Shown here piece after piece: positions 26,433 through 35,033 of a stretch of DNA of 47,151 nucleotides (positions are counted from its first letter, which is position 1; every line of letters starts with the position of its first letter). Source of the DNA: an uncultured Planctomycetota bacterium. GTDB lineage: Bacteria > Planctomycetota > Planctomycetia > Pirellulales > Thermoguttaceae. The stretch spans positions 1 through 47,151 of the forward strand of contig ONWH01000232.1 in assembly GCA_900321495.1 (NCBI GenBank), in the 5' to 3' direction. The notes under the pieces are model-generated. The model did no database searches and had not been told where the DNA came from. It saw only the letters and a program-made list of their open reading frames with translations. The position numbers were made by a program, and so were the translations under genes.

Positions 26433-26662
26433 TGTTTTTTGGTCTTTCTGTTGGTCACCGGTAAAAGGCAAGTGCCATATTACCCCAAAACGAAAAAGAA
26501 AAAAAGAACCCCACCCGAAAAATTTTTCCGTTCGCCGGTTCCGGCGGGAGCATGACCAAAGCCGGGGAGTGCCGTTTTTCATAATTTAATGTATAATCGA
26601 CGGAGCGCGGACCGGAATTCCGCCTTCGTGTCGACAGAAAAAATTTTTTGAAAGGGTCTTGA

Positions 26663-27520
26663 ATGAGCAATGCCGATCAGCCGGGACGGACCGGGCCGTA
26701 TCGACATATCCGACTGGTTTATGCCGGTCAGTCGAGTCAGTTGTGGAAGGCGCGTGACGAACGGGACGGGAAAATCGTCGCGGTCAAGCGGCTTCTGCCG
26801 ACCCGTGTTGACCGCGAGCATATCGCGCTGCTGAACAACGAGCATCGTGTCGCCGAATCGCTCAAAGGCTCCTCCTCCTTTCTGAAAGTCTACGATGCCG
26901 GCCGGGACGGCGGGATTCCCTACCTGATTCTGGAATGGTTTCCCGCGCCGAGTGTCGGCCAGCTGGTCAAGCTCGGCTATGAGACCTATTCTCCCGTTCT
27001 TCCCCAGTTGATCCCCGCCCTTTTCGAGCCGCTCATTCCCCTCCATGCGGCGGGTTGGGTTCATTGCGACATTAAGCCGGACAATTTCCTCTTTTCCCCC
27101 GATTTGGGCGTGAAACTGATCGACTTTGCGATTACCGAAAAGAAACGGAGCAACCTTCTTGCCAGATTCCTGCCGAAATCGAAAACGATACGGGGAACGG
27201 CGACCTACATCTCACCCGAGCAGATCGACCACCGCGCCATCGACGGACGGACCGACCTCTACTCCCTGGGCGCGACGATTCTTGAACTGCTGACAGCCGC
27301 CGCTCCCTTCTCGGGGAACACACTGGGAGAACTCCTCAACAAGCACCGGACAGGGGCCGTTCCTTCGGCCGCGGCAAGGAACCGGAACGTCACTCCGCGG
27401 TTCGATGCGTTTCTCAAATCGCTCCTTTCGCCCGATCCGGCCGGCCGTCCCGCTACGGCGCAGGAGGCATTTTCCCTGGCCAAACGGATCCCGGTATTCC
27501 TGAAAAAACCGGGCGCATAA
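26663..27520 (+). CDS. stand-alone Ser/Thr protein kinase (Hanks type, atypical motifs)
   Basis: VAVK, HCDIKPDNFLF, LIDFA, GTATYISPEQ. 285 aa with no TM or sensor domain. Confidence 0.85.
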   Translation: MSNADQPGRTGPYRHIRLVYAGQSSQLWKARDERDGKIVAVKRLLPTRVDREHIALLNNEHRVAESLKGSSSFLKVYDAGRDGGIPYLILEWFPAPSVGQLVKLGYETYSPVLPQLIPALFEPLIPLHAAGWVHCDIKPDNFLFSPDLGVKLIDFAITEKKRSNLLARFLPKSKTIRGTATYISPEQIDHRAIDGRTDLYSLGATILELLTAAAPFSGNTLGELLNKHRTGAVPSAAARNRNVTPRFDAFLKSLLSPDPAGRPATAQEAFSLAKRIPVFLKKPGA

Positions 27521-27552
27521 CCGCCGGCGGGCCGGCATCCGCCCCATTCCGC

Positions 27553-27599
27553 GCAATCCGCCCTTGCGCCGCCGCCCGCGGACGCGGATTGCTCTTTTT
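27553..27599 (+). terminator. candidate terminator after the kinase gene
   Basis: 9-bp stem GCAATCCGC / GCGGATTGC with a 22-nt GC-rich loop, then TCTTTTT. It overlaps the accA -35 element. Confidence 0.5.
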
Positions 27600-27616
27600 C
27601 AGGATCCTGATATAAT
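27589..27616 (+). promoter_or_regulatory. sigma70 promoter with extended -10 upstream of accA
   Basis: TTGCTC-N16-TATAAT preceded by TGa; the leader is about 110 nt. Confidence 0.45.
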
Positions 27617-27734
27617 AGTCCCTTTACGGGGAGCATTCCGCGTCCCCGTCTCCCCCCGCTTCAAGGGGGTATCGAACTCCGGCCGAAGGTCTCCTTAGGT
27701 GCGCCTTCATCTCACTTAACCGATTGGAGCAGTT

Positions 27735-28766
27735 GTGCCCGCCGATTCACCTCTCTCTTTTGAGCAGCCTATTTTGGACCTGGAAACCCGTCTGGAAGAG
27801 ATGCCGAAAAACAACGCATCTCCGGAGATTCGGGAAGAAATTCAGCGTTTGAAACTCGGATTGGCGGACTTGAAAAAGAAGATCTACTCCAATCTGACCC
27901 GTTGGCAGATCGTTGAGGTCTCGCGGCATCCGAAACGGCCGCAGACGGGGGACTACCTCGACCTGGTCTTCGACGAGTTTGTCGAGCTTCACGGCGACCG
28001 CTTTTTCGGTGACGACCGAGCGCTGATTACCGGCTGGGCGAAACTCGATGGAATGAAGGTCATGGTCGTCGGCCATCAGAAGGGACACACGGTCAGCGAA
28101 CGGATGGCCTGCAACTTCGGCTGTGCGCACCCCGAAGGGTACCGCAAAGCGGTCGCCAAGATGAAACTCGCCGCCAAGTTCGGCCTTCCGGTAATCTGTT
28201 TCATCGACACGCCGGGCGCCTACCCGGGGATCGCGTCCGAAGAGCGCGGTGTTGCCGAGGCAATCGCCGAATCGATGTTCGAAATGTCGATCCTTCCGGC
28301 TCCGATCGTCTGCGTGGTGATCGGCGAAGGGGGGAGCGGCGGCGCGCTCGGTATCGGCGTCGGCGACAAGGTCGCGATGCTCCGGTATTCCTACTACAGC
28401 GTGATCAGTCCCGAGGGGTGTTCCGGAATTCTCTGGAAGAGTGAAAAGTTCAAAGACAAGGCGGCCGAGGCGCTCAAATTCACCTCTTCCGATCTGCTCA
28501 AACTCGGAGTGATCGACAAGGTGATCGAAGAACCGCTCGGGGGGGCGCATCGCGACCCGCGTCTGATGGCCTCGAAATTAAAGCAGTATCTCCGCACCCA
28601 AATCCGCGCCCTGCGCCGCGTTCCGATGGAAAAACTGCTCGAAACCCGCTACAAGAGATTCCGTGAATTCGGCGTCTTTTTCGACAACCAAAAAGCGGCG
28701 GACGCAGCCCCTCTTCGCGGGAGCTTCTTCCCGCCGCAGGAGGGTCCGGCCCCGAGCGATCCGTAA
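27735..28766 (+). CDS. accA: acetyl-CoA carboxylase carboxyltransferase subunit alpha
   Basis: GTG start with GGAG 6 nt upstream. SRHPKRPQTGDYL, VVGHQKG, PEGYRKA and FIDTPGAYPGIASEERG are present. Confidence 0.9.
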   Translation: MPADSPLSFEQPILDLETRLEEMPKNNASPEIREEIQRLKLGLADLKKKIYSNLTRWQIVEVSRHPKRPQTGDYLDLVFDEFVELHGDRFFGDDRALITGWAKLDGMKVMVVGHQKGHTVSERMACNFGCAHPEGYRKAVAKMKLAAKFGLPVICFIDTPGAYPGIASEERGVAEAIAESMFEMSILPAPIVCVVIGEGGSGGALGIGVGDKVAMLRYSYYSVISPEGCSGILWKSEKFKDKAAEALKFTSSDLLKLGVIDKVIEEPLGGAHRDPRLMASKLKQYLRTQIRALRRVPMEKLLETRYKRFREFGVFFDNQKAADAAPLRGSFFPPQEGPAPSDP

Positions 28767-28858
28767 CGGCGCTGCCGGCGTATTTCGCGCCGCCGTTCAA
28801 CAAACGTATTTCACTTTCGGATTGAAGGACTCCGGCACGGAAAAGGGAGGAGACCCAG

Positions 28859-29500
28859 GTGAAAAGAAAAGCTCTCGGTTTCTACGACTACACCGTCATT
28901 CTGACCTACTGCGGAATGCTTTTCGCGTTCTACGGAATCATGAAAGTGATCGACGGGGAATACTGGGACGCGATGGTCTGTCTCATGCTGGCGGGAACCT
29001 GTGACATGTTCGACGGTTCCGTCGCCCGAACCAAGAAGCGCACCCCGAACGAAAAGCGGTTCGGGATTCAGATCGATTCTCTGAGCGACCTTGTCAGCTT
29101 CGGCGTTCTTCCCGGAATCTTCGTTCATCAGATCGCACGCGACATTCCCCTGACCGGGCTCATTACGTCGCTCTATGTGCTGAGCGCCCTGATCCGTCTG
29201 GCGTATTTCAACGTGCTGGAAGAAGACCGGCAGAACCAGACGGCCGAAAAGCGGAAAAAGTTCATGGGGCTTCCGGTCACCACCGCGGCGATTGTTCTTC
29301 CCTTCGTCTATGTGATCTACGACTTCCATCTGGTCAGCAGCGTTGTCTATTTTCCCGTCCTTCTGGCGGCGATGGGGGTCGGATTCCTTTCGCCGATCGA
29401 AATCAAAAAGCCGGCGGCCATGGTCAAAATCTGTATTCTGATCCTGGGAATTCTCGAATTGGTCGGCATGGCGTATCTGGCCGGGTACAACACGAAATGA
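28859..29500 (+). CDS. pssA: CDP-diacylglycerol--serine O-phosphatidyltransferase (CDP-alcohol phosphatidyltransferase family)
   Basis: GTG start with GGGAGGAG upstream. DMFDGSVAR...GIQIDSLSDLV is the CDP-alcohol transferase motif. Multi-TM protein, translationally coupled to psd. Confidence 0.8.
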   Translation: MKRKALGFYDYTVILTYCGMLFAFYGIMKVIDGEYWDAMVCLMLAGTCDMFDGSVARTKKRTPNEKRFGIQIDSLSDLVSFGVLPGIFVHQIARDIPLTGLITSLYVLSALIRLAYFNVLEEDRQNQTAEKRKKFMGLPVTTAAIVLPFVYVIYDFHLVSSVVYFPVLLAAMGVGFLSPIEIKKPAAMVKICILILGILELVGMAYLAGYNTK

Positions 29501-30318
29501 ACGACTCTCCCGCACTCCGTTTTCTCTACCGCACCCGCTGCGGCCGGGGATTTTTAAAGCTGCTCATTCGGCCGTGGGTCTCGCGCGCGGCAGGCCGGTT
29601 CCTGGCAAGCCGATGTTCCAGATTTCTGATCCGTCCTTTCATCCGAAAGAACCGGATCCCGATGGACGGAGTTCTCATCCCGCCGGGAGGATTCGCCTCG
29701 TTCAATGACTTTTTCATCCGCAAGCGGGACATCACTTTTCCGGCCGATCTTCACGACCGGCTGATCAGCCCGTGTGACGGGCACCTTTCGCGCGTTCCGC
29801 TTCGGGACGGGACGTTTCTCCGTGTGAAACACTCGGCCTATACCCTGACCGACCTGCTGGAAGACGCCGATCTGGCCCGGGCGTTCGAAGGGGGCGAGGC
29901 GCTCATTTTCCGGCTCATGCCGGTCGATTATCATCGGTATTGCTATCCGGCCGATGGGAAGATTGCCGCCGCCAAGACGATACGCGGGGTTCTCCACTGC
30001 GTCCGTCCGATCGCGCTGGAAACCTTTCCGGTCTTCATTCGGAACTGCCGCGAGTACCAGGTGATCGAGACCGAAAAGTTCGGGCGGATGGTTCAGATGG
30101 AGGTCGGCGCGCTTTTCGTCGGCCGGATTACGAATTTTGTCCGGCCGGAGGGCGGCAGTGCGGTCGCCGCCGGAGAAGAGAAGGGGTACTTCGAGTTCGG
30201 CGGGTCGACGATCATCCTGCTGCGCGAAAAGGATGCTCCCCCGCTGAATGAAAGGATTTCGGAGCAGACCGCAGGCGGCGCCGAGATTGACGTGAAGATC
30301 GGCGAACCGCTCACCTGA
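29497..30318 (+). CDS. psd: phosphatidylserine decarboxylase proenzyme
   Basis: ATGA overlap with pssA. YFEFGGSTIILL contains the GST self-cleavage site, and MPVDYHRYCYP is present. Confidence 0.9.
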   Translation: MNDSPALRFLYRTRCGRGFLKLLIRPWVSRAAGRFLASRCSRFLIRPFIRKNRIPMDGVLIPPGGFASFNDFFIRKRDITFPADLHDRLISPCDGHLSRVPLRDGTFLRVKHSAYTLTDLLEDADLARAFEGGEALIFRLMPVDYHRYCYPADGKIAAAKTIRGVLHCVRPIALETFPVFIRNCREYQVIETEKFGRMVQMEVGALFVGRITNFVRPEGGSAVAAGEEKGYFEFGGSTIILLREKDAPPLNERISEQTAGGAEIDVKIGEPLT

Positions 30319-30324
30319 CCTTTT

Positions 30325-31131
30325 TCAGTGATTCTGGAAAAAGTTTTTCAGATTTTCCGCCGCGTGGCTTGCCGGCGGGGCTTTTTTGTGGGTTGAAGTC
30401 GCCGATTTCTTTTCCGGCTTCTGTTGAGGTGCCGGCGCGTAGTCTTCCTCGTCTAGGTTGAGATTCAGGACCGGTTCGGGTTTTTTCGGTTCCTGCCGCT
30501 TTGATGCCGCTTCTTTCGGCACATCGGGAACAGGTTCGTTAACCGCCGCCGCGGCAGCGGTTTTCGGAGCCGCGGGAGAACCCTGCGCGTATTTCTTTTC
30601 GGCCAGGCGGTCCAGAATGTTCTCTTCTTCCGGCACGTCGGCGTCTTCCGAAAGTTTCATCACGATTGTCGGCTCGACGGGGGAGGCTTCCGGCTCGTCG
30701 CCCTCCAGGAGCCAGCTAGAGACATCTCCGCCCTCTTTGGCGGCCGCAGAAAGGGAGTTCTGTTCAACGGTACGGGCAACAACATCGGCAATCGTTTCGA
30801 CCTTCGGCCGCTTGCCGGCCGACATCGCGACGGCGATCACGACTTCAAATTCAAGGGGGCCGATCATCAGGCGGTCCGCGTTGCGAAGCTCGGTCTCTTC
30901 ATCGATTTTTTCCCCGTTGACGAAGACGCCGTTCCGGCTTCCCAGATCACGTACACCGACATAACCTTCTTCGGTGAGGAGAACACAATGATAGCGGCTG
31001 ATCAGCTCATTTTTCGACTTGAGCTGGCAGTCGTCGGCCCGCCCGATCATGAATTTGGGGCGATTAATGGAAATCAGCTGTCCGTTCTGCTTGCCGCCAA
31101 TAACCTTTAACTGAACCTGCATTTTTTTCAA
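30325..31131 (-). CDS. FHA-domain protein with disordered basic/Pro-rich C-terminus
   Basis: IGRADDCQL...ISRYHCVLL...VRDLGSRNGVFVNGEKI carries the GR...SR.H...S.NG FHA signature. Confidence 0.85.
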   Translation of the reverse strand: MKKMQVQLKVIGGKQNGQLISINRPKFMIGRADDCQLKSKNELISRYHCVLLTEEGYVGVRDLGSRNGVFVNGEKIDEETELRNADRLMIGPLEFEVVIAVAMSAGKRPKVETIADVVARTVEQNSLSAAAKEGGDVSSWLLEGDEPEASPVEPTIVMKLSEDADVPEEENILDRLAEKKYAQGSPAAPKTAAAAAVNEPVPDVPKEAASKRQEPKKPEPVLNLNLDEEDYAPAPQQKPEKKSATSTHKKAPPASHAAENLKNFFQNH

Positions 31132-31294
31132 CCAACTGAACTGACCGATACTCTTGCCAAACCGTTGAGGTTCCGGAGGGATGAAAAAAATATGAATGAT
31201 AGCCGGAACTGTCCCAAACCAAAACCGCCTGGCAGGAAGGGCGTGACAGTTTTAAAGAAACGCCTTTCTTATCTATCCTATCGGCTAAAAGCCT

Positions 31295-31322
31295 ATTCTA
31301 TCAGAAAAAAAAAGGAAATCAA
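31295..31322 (-). promoter_or_regulatory. sigma70 promoter with extended -10 for the FHA gene
   Basis: Minus strand reads TTGATT-N16-TAGAAT with TGa immediately upstream of the -10; the predicted leader is about 155 nt. Confidence 0.5.
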
Positions 31323-31384
31323 CCATTAATATCCCCTGCCGGGTGCGTTGACGGTCTCTTTTCTCTGGTGATTTCGGCGCTTTG

Positions 31385-31393
31385 TGCTATAAT
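31385..31393 (+). promoter_or_regulatory. extended -10 promoter element upstream of rsmG
   Basis: TGcTATAAT lies 124 nt upstream of the ATG at 31517. Confidence 0.4.
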
Positions 31394-31516
31394 CATCGGA
31401 GTAAGATTATGCCAGTTCCTTCACGCGCGATCGTGCCGGCAGAGATTCCCTCCTTTGCCCATTTTGTGATGAGCAGGTCCCGGCGGGTGAAAGCGTGAGT
31501 ACCGAAACAGAGCCCG

Positions 31517-32461
31517 ATGTCCGAAGAGAAGAAGATTTCCGAACCGGAGCCCGATCCGGTTTCAATGTCCGGTTCCCCGACGCTGACCGATGTTCTGGCA
31601 AAATACGGGATCAGCCTTCCCGTTGGGCAGGCCGAAATGCTCGATCGGTACTGCCGCGCCCTTTGGGAATGGAATACCAAGCTGAACCTGACCCGGCATG
31701 ACAGCTACGAAAAGTTTGTGACGCGCGACTTGGTCGACTCGATCCATCTGGCCTCTCATCTCCAGAAGGGGGAACATGTTCTTGACGTCGGGACCGGTGG
31801 CGGGGTTCCCGGAGTCGTCCTGGCGATTCTCCGTCCCGACCTGCGGGTTGAGCTTTGCGACGCGACCGAAAAGAAGGCGAAAGCGGTCGGTGCCATCCTC
31901 GATGAGATCGGGCTCGATCTGAATGTCTGGCACGCCAAGGCCGAGGATCTTCTTAAAGCGCACCGGTTCCATACCCTGGTAATCCGCGCCGTCTCGAAAC
32001 TCGAACGTCTTCTGGCAATGTTCGCGCCGGTTTGGTTCGCCTTCGACAGAATCCTGATGATCAAAGGTCCCGCCTGGGTCGAGGAACGGGGGGAAGCGCG
32101 CCATTTCGGGCGCCTGACCAACCTGGCTCTCCGCAAGGCCGATGAATACACCAATCCGGGGGTCGAGCATCAGAGCGTAATCCTTCAGGTTTGTCAGAAG
32201 AAACGCTTGGCCGAAATCGAAAGGCGCGCCGAAGACCTTGCTGCCGGCCTTCCGATTCAGGAATCCGCCGAGTTCGTGGCGGTCGAAACCGCTTCCCCGG
32301 CCCCCCGCCGCGCTCCCCGGCGGCCGAAGGGGAGCCGTCCCTACGGCGCTTCGGCGAAAGGTGGGAAATTCCCCCGGGACGGAAAGGGGTTTGGGAAAAG
32401 AGGCGCGTCCCCGCCCGGCAAACCGAAGAAGCCCCGGTCCCCCCGTCGGCCGGCAAAATAG
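31517..32461 (+). CDS. rsmG: 16S rRNA (guanine527-N7)-methyltransferase RsmG with ~95-aa basic C-terminal tail
   Basis: LDRYCRALWEWNTKLNLTR and VLDVGTGGGVPGVVLAI (SAM motif). An alternative ATG at 31565 is possible. The tail is RRAPRRPKGSRPYG...GKPKKPRSPRRPAK. Confidence 0.85.
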   Translation: MSEEKKISEPEPDPVSMSGSPTLTDVLAKYGISLPVGQAEMLDRYCRALWEWNTKLNLTRHDSYEKFVTRDLVDSIHLASHLQKGEHVLDVGTGGGVPGVVLAILRPDLRVELCDATEKKAKAVGAILDEIGLDLNVWHAKAEDLLKAHRFHTLVIRAVSKLERLLAMFAPVWFAFDRILMIKGPAWVEERGEARHFGRLTNLALRKADEYTNPGVEHQSVILQVCQKKRLAEIERRAEDLAAGLPIQESAEFVAVETASPAPRRAPRRPKGSRPYGASAKGGKFPRDGKGFGKRGASPPGKPKKPRSPRRPAK

Positions 32462-32488
32462 GTCCGAGCTGAAAAGGAGTTTTGCAAG

Positions 32489-34387
32489 ATGTTCCGCATG
32501 AGACGTGTTCTTTCGGTGATCCTGATACTCTCGATTGCCCCTCTTCTCTTCGGCGGATGCCGTAAAGGGGAGCCGGGCGGAGAGGAACTTCTCAGCCGCC
32601 GCGCCGCCGAAGCGCGGCAAGGGGCGGCCGCCGCGGTCTTTCCCGATGAGATCCGGTCTCTGTCCGGCGAGGAACTTGCCGAGCTTCCCCCGCGCAACAC
32701 ATTTCCGACCGAGATGATCGTTCCCGGCGCGCTTGCGGTTCGTGTGATTCAGCCGGAACGGTTTCTCCGCTTTTCGCAGGCCGATAAGGTGATCCGCTTC
32801 TTCGCGAATTCGCCGCAACTGGTTCCGTTCAGCAGCCAGTTCGACCAGATCGAGCTGATCATCACCAGCACCAAGGTCGCGCCCGTCTCTCTTTTTGATA
32901 CACAGAGCGGCGAGCAGGTCGGCGAAAACTATCCGCTCCCCTGTTCCGCCGTCTATGCCAGAAAGAACGAGCCGGTCAACAGGGAAGCTTTTTTAGGCGC
33001 CCAGTTCGGCCGTCTTCCGAAAGAGCGGATCGAAACCCGCGTCCTGGGCGGAACCGAAGTCACCATTTCCGAAAACTCGCTGATTCTTCCGCTCGATCCC
33101 TCCGGAAAGAACACCGCGCGGATCGACGGTGTGGCGACCGCAGTCGTCTTTCCCTCCGAGAATGAGGCGCTCATGGTGACCGGCCCGATCAGGTCGGTCG
33201 AGGGGTTCTTTACCGCCGGGGAGGGGGAGAAGCGGGGCGTTCTGGCGCAACGGGTCGGCCGTGCCGAAGCCGATTCGTTCGACTTTGGCTTCTTCTACGA
33301 CTACGCCTCCGCGCAAAAAGAGGCGATCACTCTGCCGGTCCCCCCGGCGCTGCGGAATCTCCTTCTTGAGGAGGCGCGTTTCCTTTCGCTCTCGATCAAT
33401 GCGTCCGCCCCGGAGGGGGAACCCGCCCTTCGGCTGGAGATCACCGCCGACACCCCCGAAAGCCTCAACAGAATCGACGAGGAACTCGGAAACACGCTTC
33501 TCCAAATCGACGAGTCGCTCCGTGCGGCGGCTCCCGAAGGGGACTCGCCCGCGCAGGGGGGGATGGCGCCTCTTCTTCCGCGCCTGAGCGAAACGCTCCG
33601 TTCCATTACCCAGGAGCGGAACGGAAATGTCATGACCGCCGCCCTGGCCATGTCGGCCGACCGGGCCGAGCTCTTCGGCCAGCTGGTCGATCAGATGAAC
33701 CTCTTTGCCGAAAACTCCGCGAAAGAGAATCGCCGGGCGCAGACGGCAGGGAACCTCAAAGTTCTGGGTGATGTGATCAACGCCTATTACGCGAAAAACA
33801 ACCATTATCCTCCCCTGGCGATCACCTCGCCCGAAGGAACGCCACTGCTGAGCTGGCGCGTCGCGCTTCTGCCCGCCATGGGGCCGGAAGGCGAAGCGCT
33901 ATACAAAGAGTTCAAAATCGACGAGCCGTGGGACAGCGAGACGAATCTCAAGCTTCTGGACCGCGTGCCGATGGTCTACCGTTCGCCCCTTCTTCCCGCG
34001 GGGAGCGGAAAAACTCTCTTCCGCATCTTTACCGGAGAAGGGGTTCCGCTCCGCCTTGCCGGCGATCCGCCCAAGATGAACGCTTTCGAGAATCCGGGCA
34101 GGACATTTCTCGTCGTCGCGGTCGATCCCTCGCAGGCGGTCGAATGGACCCGGCCCGACGAGCTGAATTTTGACCGCGGAAAACTCCGTGAAGTCTTCGG
34201 CGATTTTGTCCTGGCGCTTCCGGTGATGGGTGAACTCTTTACCGCGCCCCTGTCCGGCACCCCCGAGGAGTTCGATGCGCTCACCGCCTGGATCACCGGT
34301 GTTTCTCCGGAAGGGGAAACCGAAGGGGAGACGCCCGAAGAGACCGGCCCGGGCCCGGGCGCGGACGTTTCCCCTCTCGAAAACTGA
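32489..34387 (+). CDS. lipoprotein-like protein with C-terminal DUF1559 domain
   Basis: AAGGAG upstream. Signal peptide is LILSIAPLLFGGC. The C-terminal NHYPPLAI...LLSWRVALLPAMG...DEPWDSETNLKLLDRVPMVYRSP matches DUF1559. Confidence 0.7.
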   Translation: MFRMRRVLSVILILSIAPLLFGGCRKGEPGGEELLSRRAAEARQGAAAAVFPDEIRSLSGEELAELPPRNTFPTEMIVPGALAVRVIQPERFLRFSQADKVIRFFANSPQLVPFSSQFDQIELIITSTKVAPVSLFDTQSGEQVGENYPLPCSAVYARKNEPVNREAFLGAQFGRLPKERIETRVLGGTEVTISENSLILPLDPSGKNTARIDGVATAVVFPSENEALMVTGPIRSVEGFFTAGEGEKRGVLAQRVGRAEADSFDFGFFYDYASAQKEAITLPVPPALRNLLLEEARFLSLSINASAPEGEPALRLEITADTPESLNRIDEELGNTLLQIDESLRAAAPEGDSPAQGGMAPLLPRLSETLRSITQERNGNVMTAALAMSADRAELFGQLVDQMNLFAENSAKENRRAQTAGNLKVLGDVINAYYAKNNHYPPLAITSPEGTPLLSWRVALLPAMGPEGEALYKEFKIDEPWDSETNLKLLDRVPMVYRSPLLPAGSGKTLFRIFTGEGVPLRLAGDPPKMNAFENPGRTFLVVAVDPSQAVEWTRPDELNFDRGKLREVFGDFVLALPVMGELFTAPLSGTPEEFDALTAWITGVSPEGETEGETPEETGPGPGADVSPLEN

Positions 34388-34516
34388 GCGGCACCGCGGT
34401 TCATCTTTCCAAAAAGACGGGGAGAGATATAATATTTTTCGTTGGAGTGATGCCCCCGCGCCGTGCGCGGGCGGCCGTTATTGAGACATTTTCCAAATCC
34501 GAAAGAGAGTCGATTG

Positions 34517-34969
34517 ATGACCAGAATCGCCGATTTGCTGAAACAGTATATGAACATTCCCGACGCGTCTCCCAAGACGCTCGCCGAACTTGAAAAGATC
34601 TGTGAGGTCAAAACCTTTTCGGCCAACGACATCATCTACCGGGAACACGAAGACTCCCGTTACCTCTACATCGTGATTTCGGGACAGGTTGATATTCAGT
34701 ATCTCCTGAAAGACGGGCGCCGGAAAACCCTCGACAACTGCATGCCGGGCGACTACCTTCTCTGGTCGGCGCTGATCGAACCGAATCAAACCAACTCGAT
34801 TGGGGTCTCGCGCACCACGTCCGAACTTCTGCAGGTCGACGGCAAACTCCTGTTGGAGATCTGCCGCCGCGATACCGATTTCGGATTCCACATGATGAGT
34901 CTGATCGCTTCGGTGATCCGCCGCCGTCTGCAGGCCGCGCGTTACCAGCTTTCATTCCACTCCCTCTGA
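34517..34969 (+). CDS. stand-alone cyclic-nucleotide-binding (CAP effector) domain protein
   Basis: ATG at 34517 with TATAAT at 34428-34433. FSANDIIYREHEDSRYLYIVISGQVDIQY...PGDYLLWSALI; 150 aa with no HTH. Confidence 0.7.
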   Translation: MTRIADLLKQYMNIPDASPKTLAELEKICEVKTFSANDIIYREHEDSRYLYIVISGQVDIQYLLKDGRRKTLDNCMPGDYLLWSALIEPNQTNSIGVSRTTSELLQVDGKLLLEICRRDTDFGFHMMSLIASVIRRRLQAARYQLSFHSL

Positions 34970-35033
34970 AAGTAAGGCATAACCAAAGGAGTTTCCCCGT
35001 TCTGCGCGGGGGAGAAAGATACGGACATTTGCC

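Noticed and set aside
31409-31498. 29-codon ORF with GGAG 7 nt upstream in the rsmG leader, as a leader peptide
   Set aside because: The predicted transcription start from the TGcTATAAT box (near 31400) would fall within or after that GGAG. The peptide has no informative features. It is kept only as a note under the rsmG finding.
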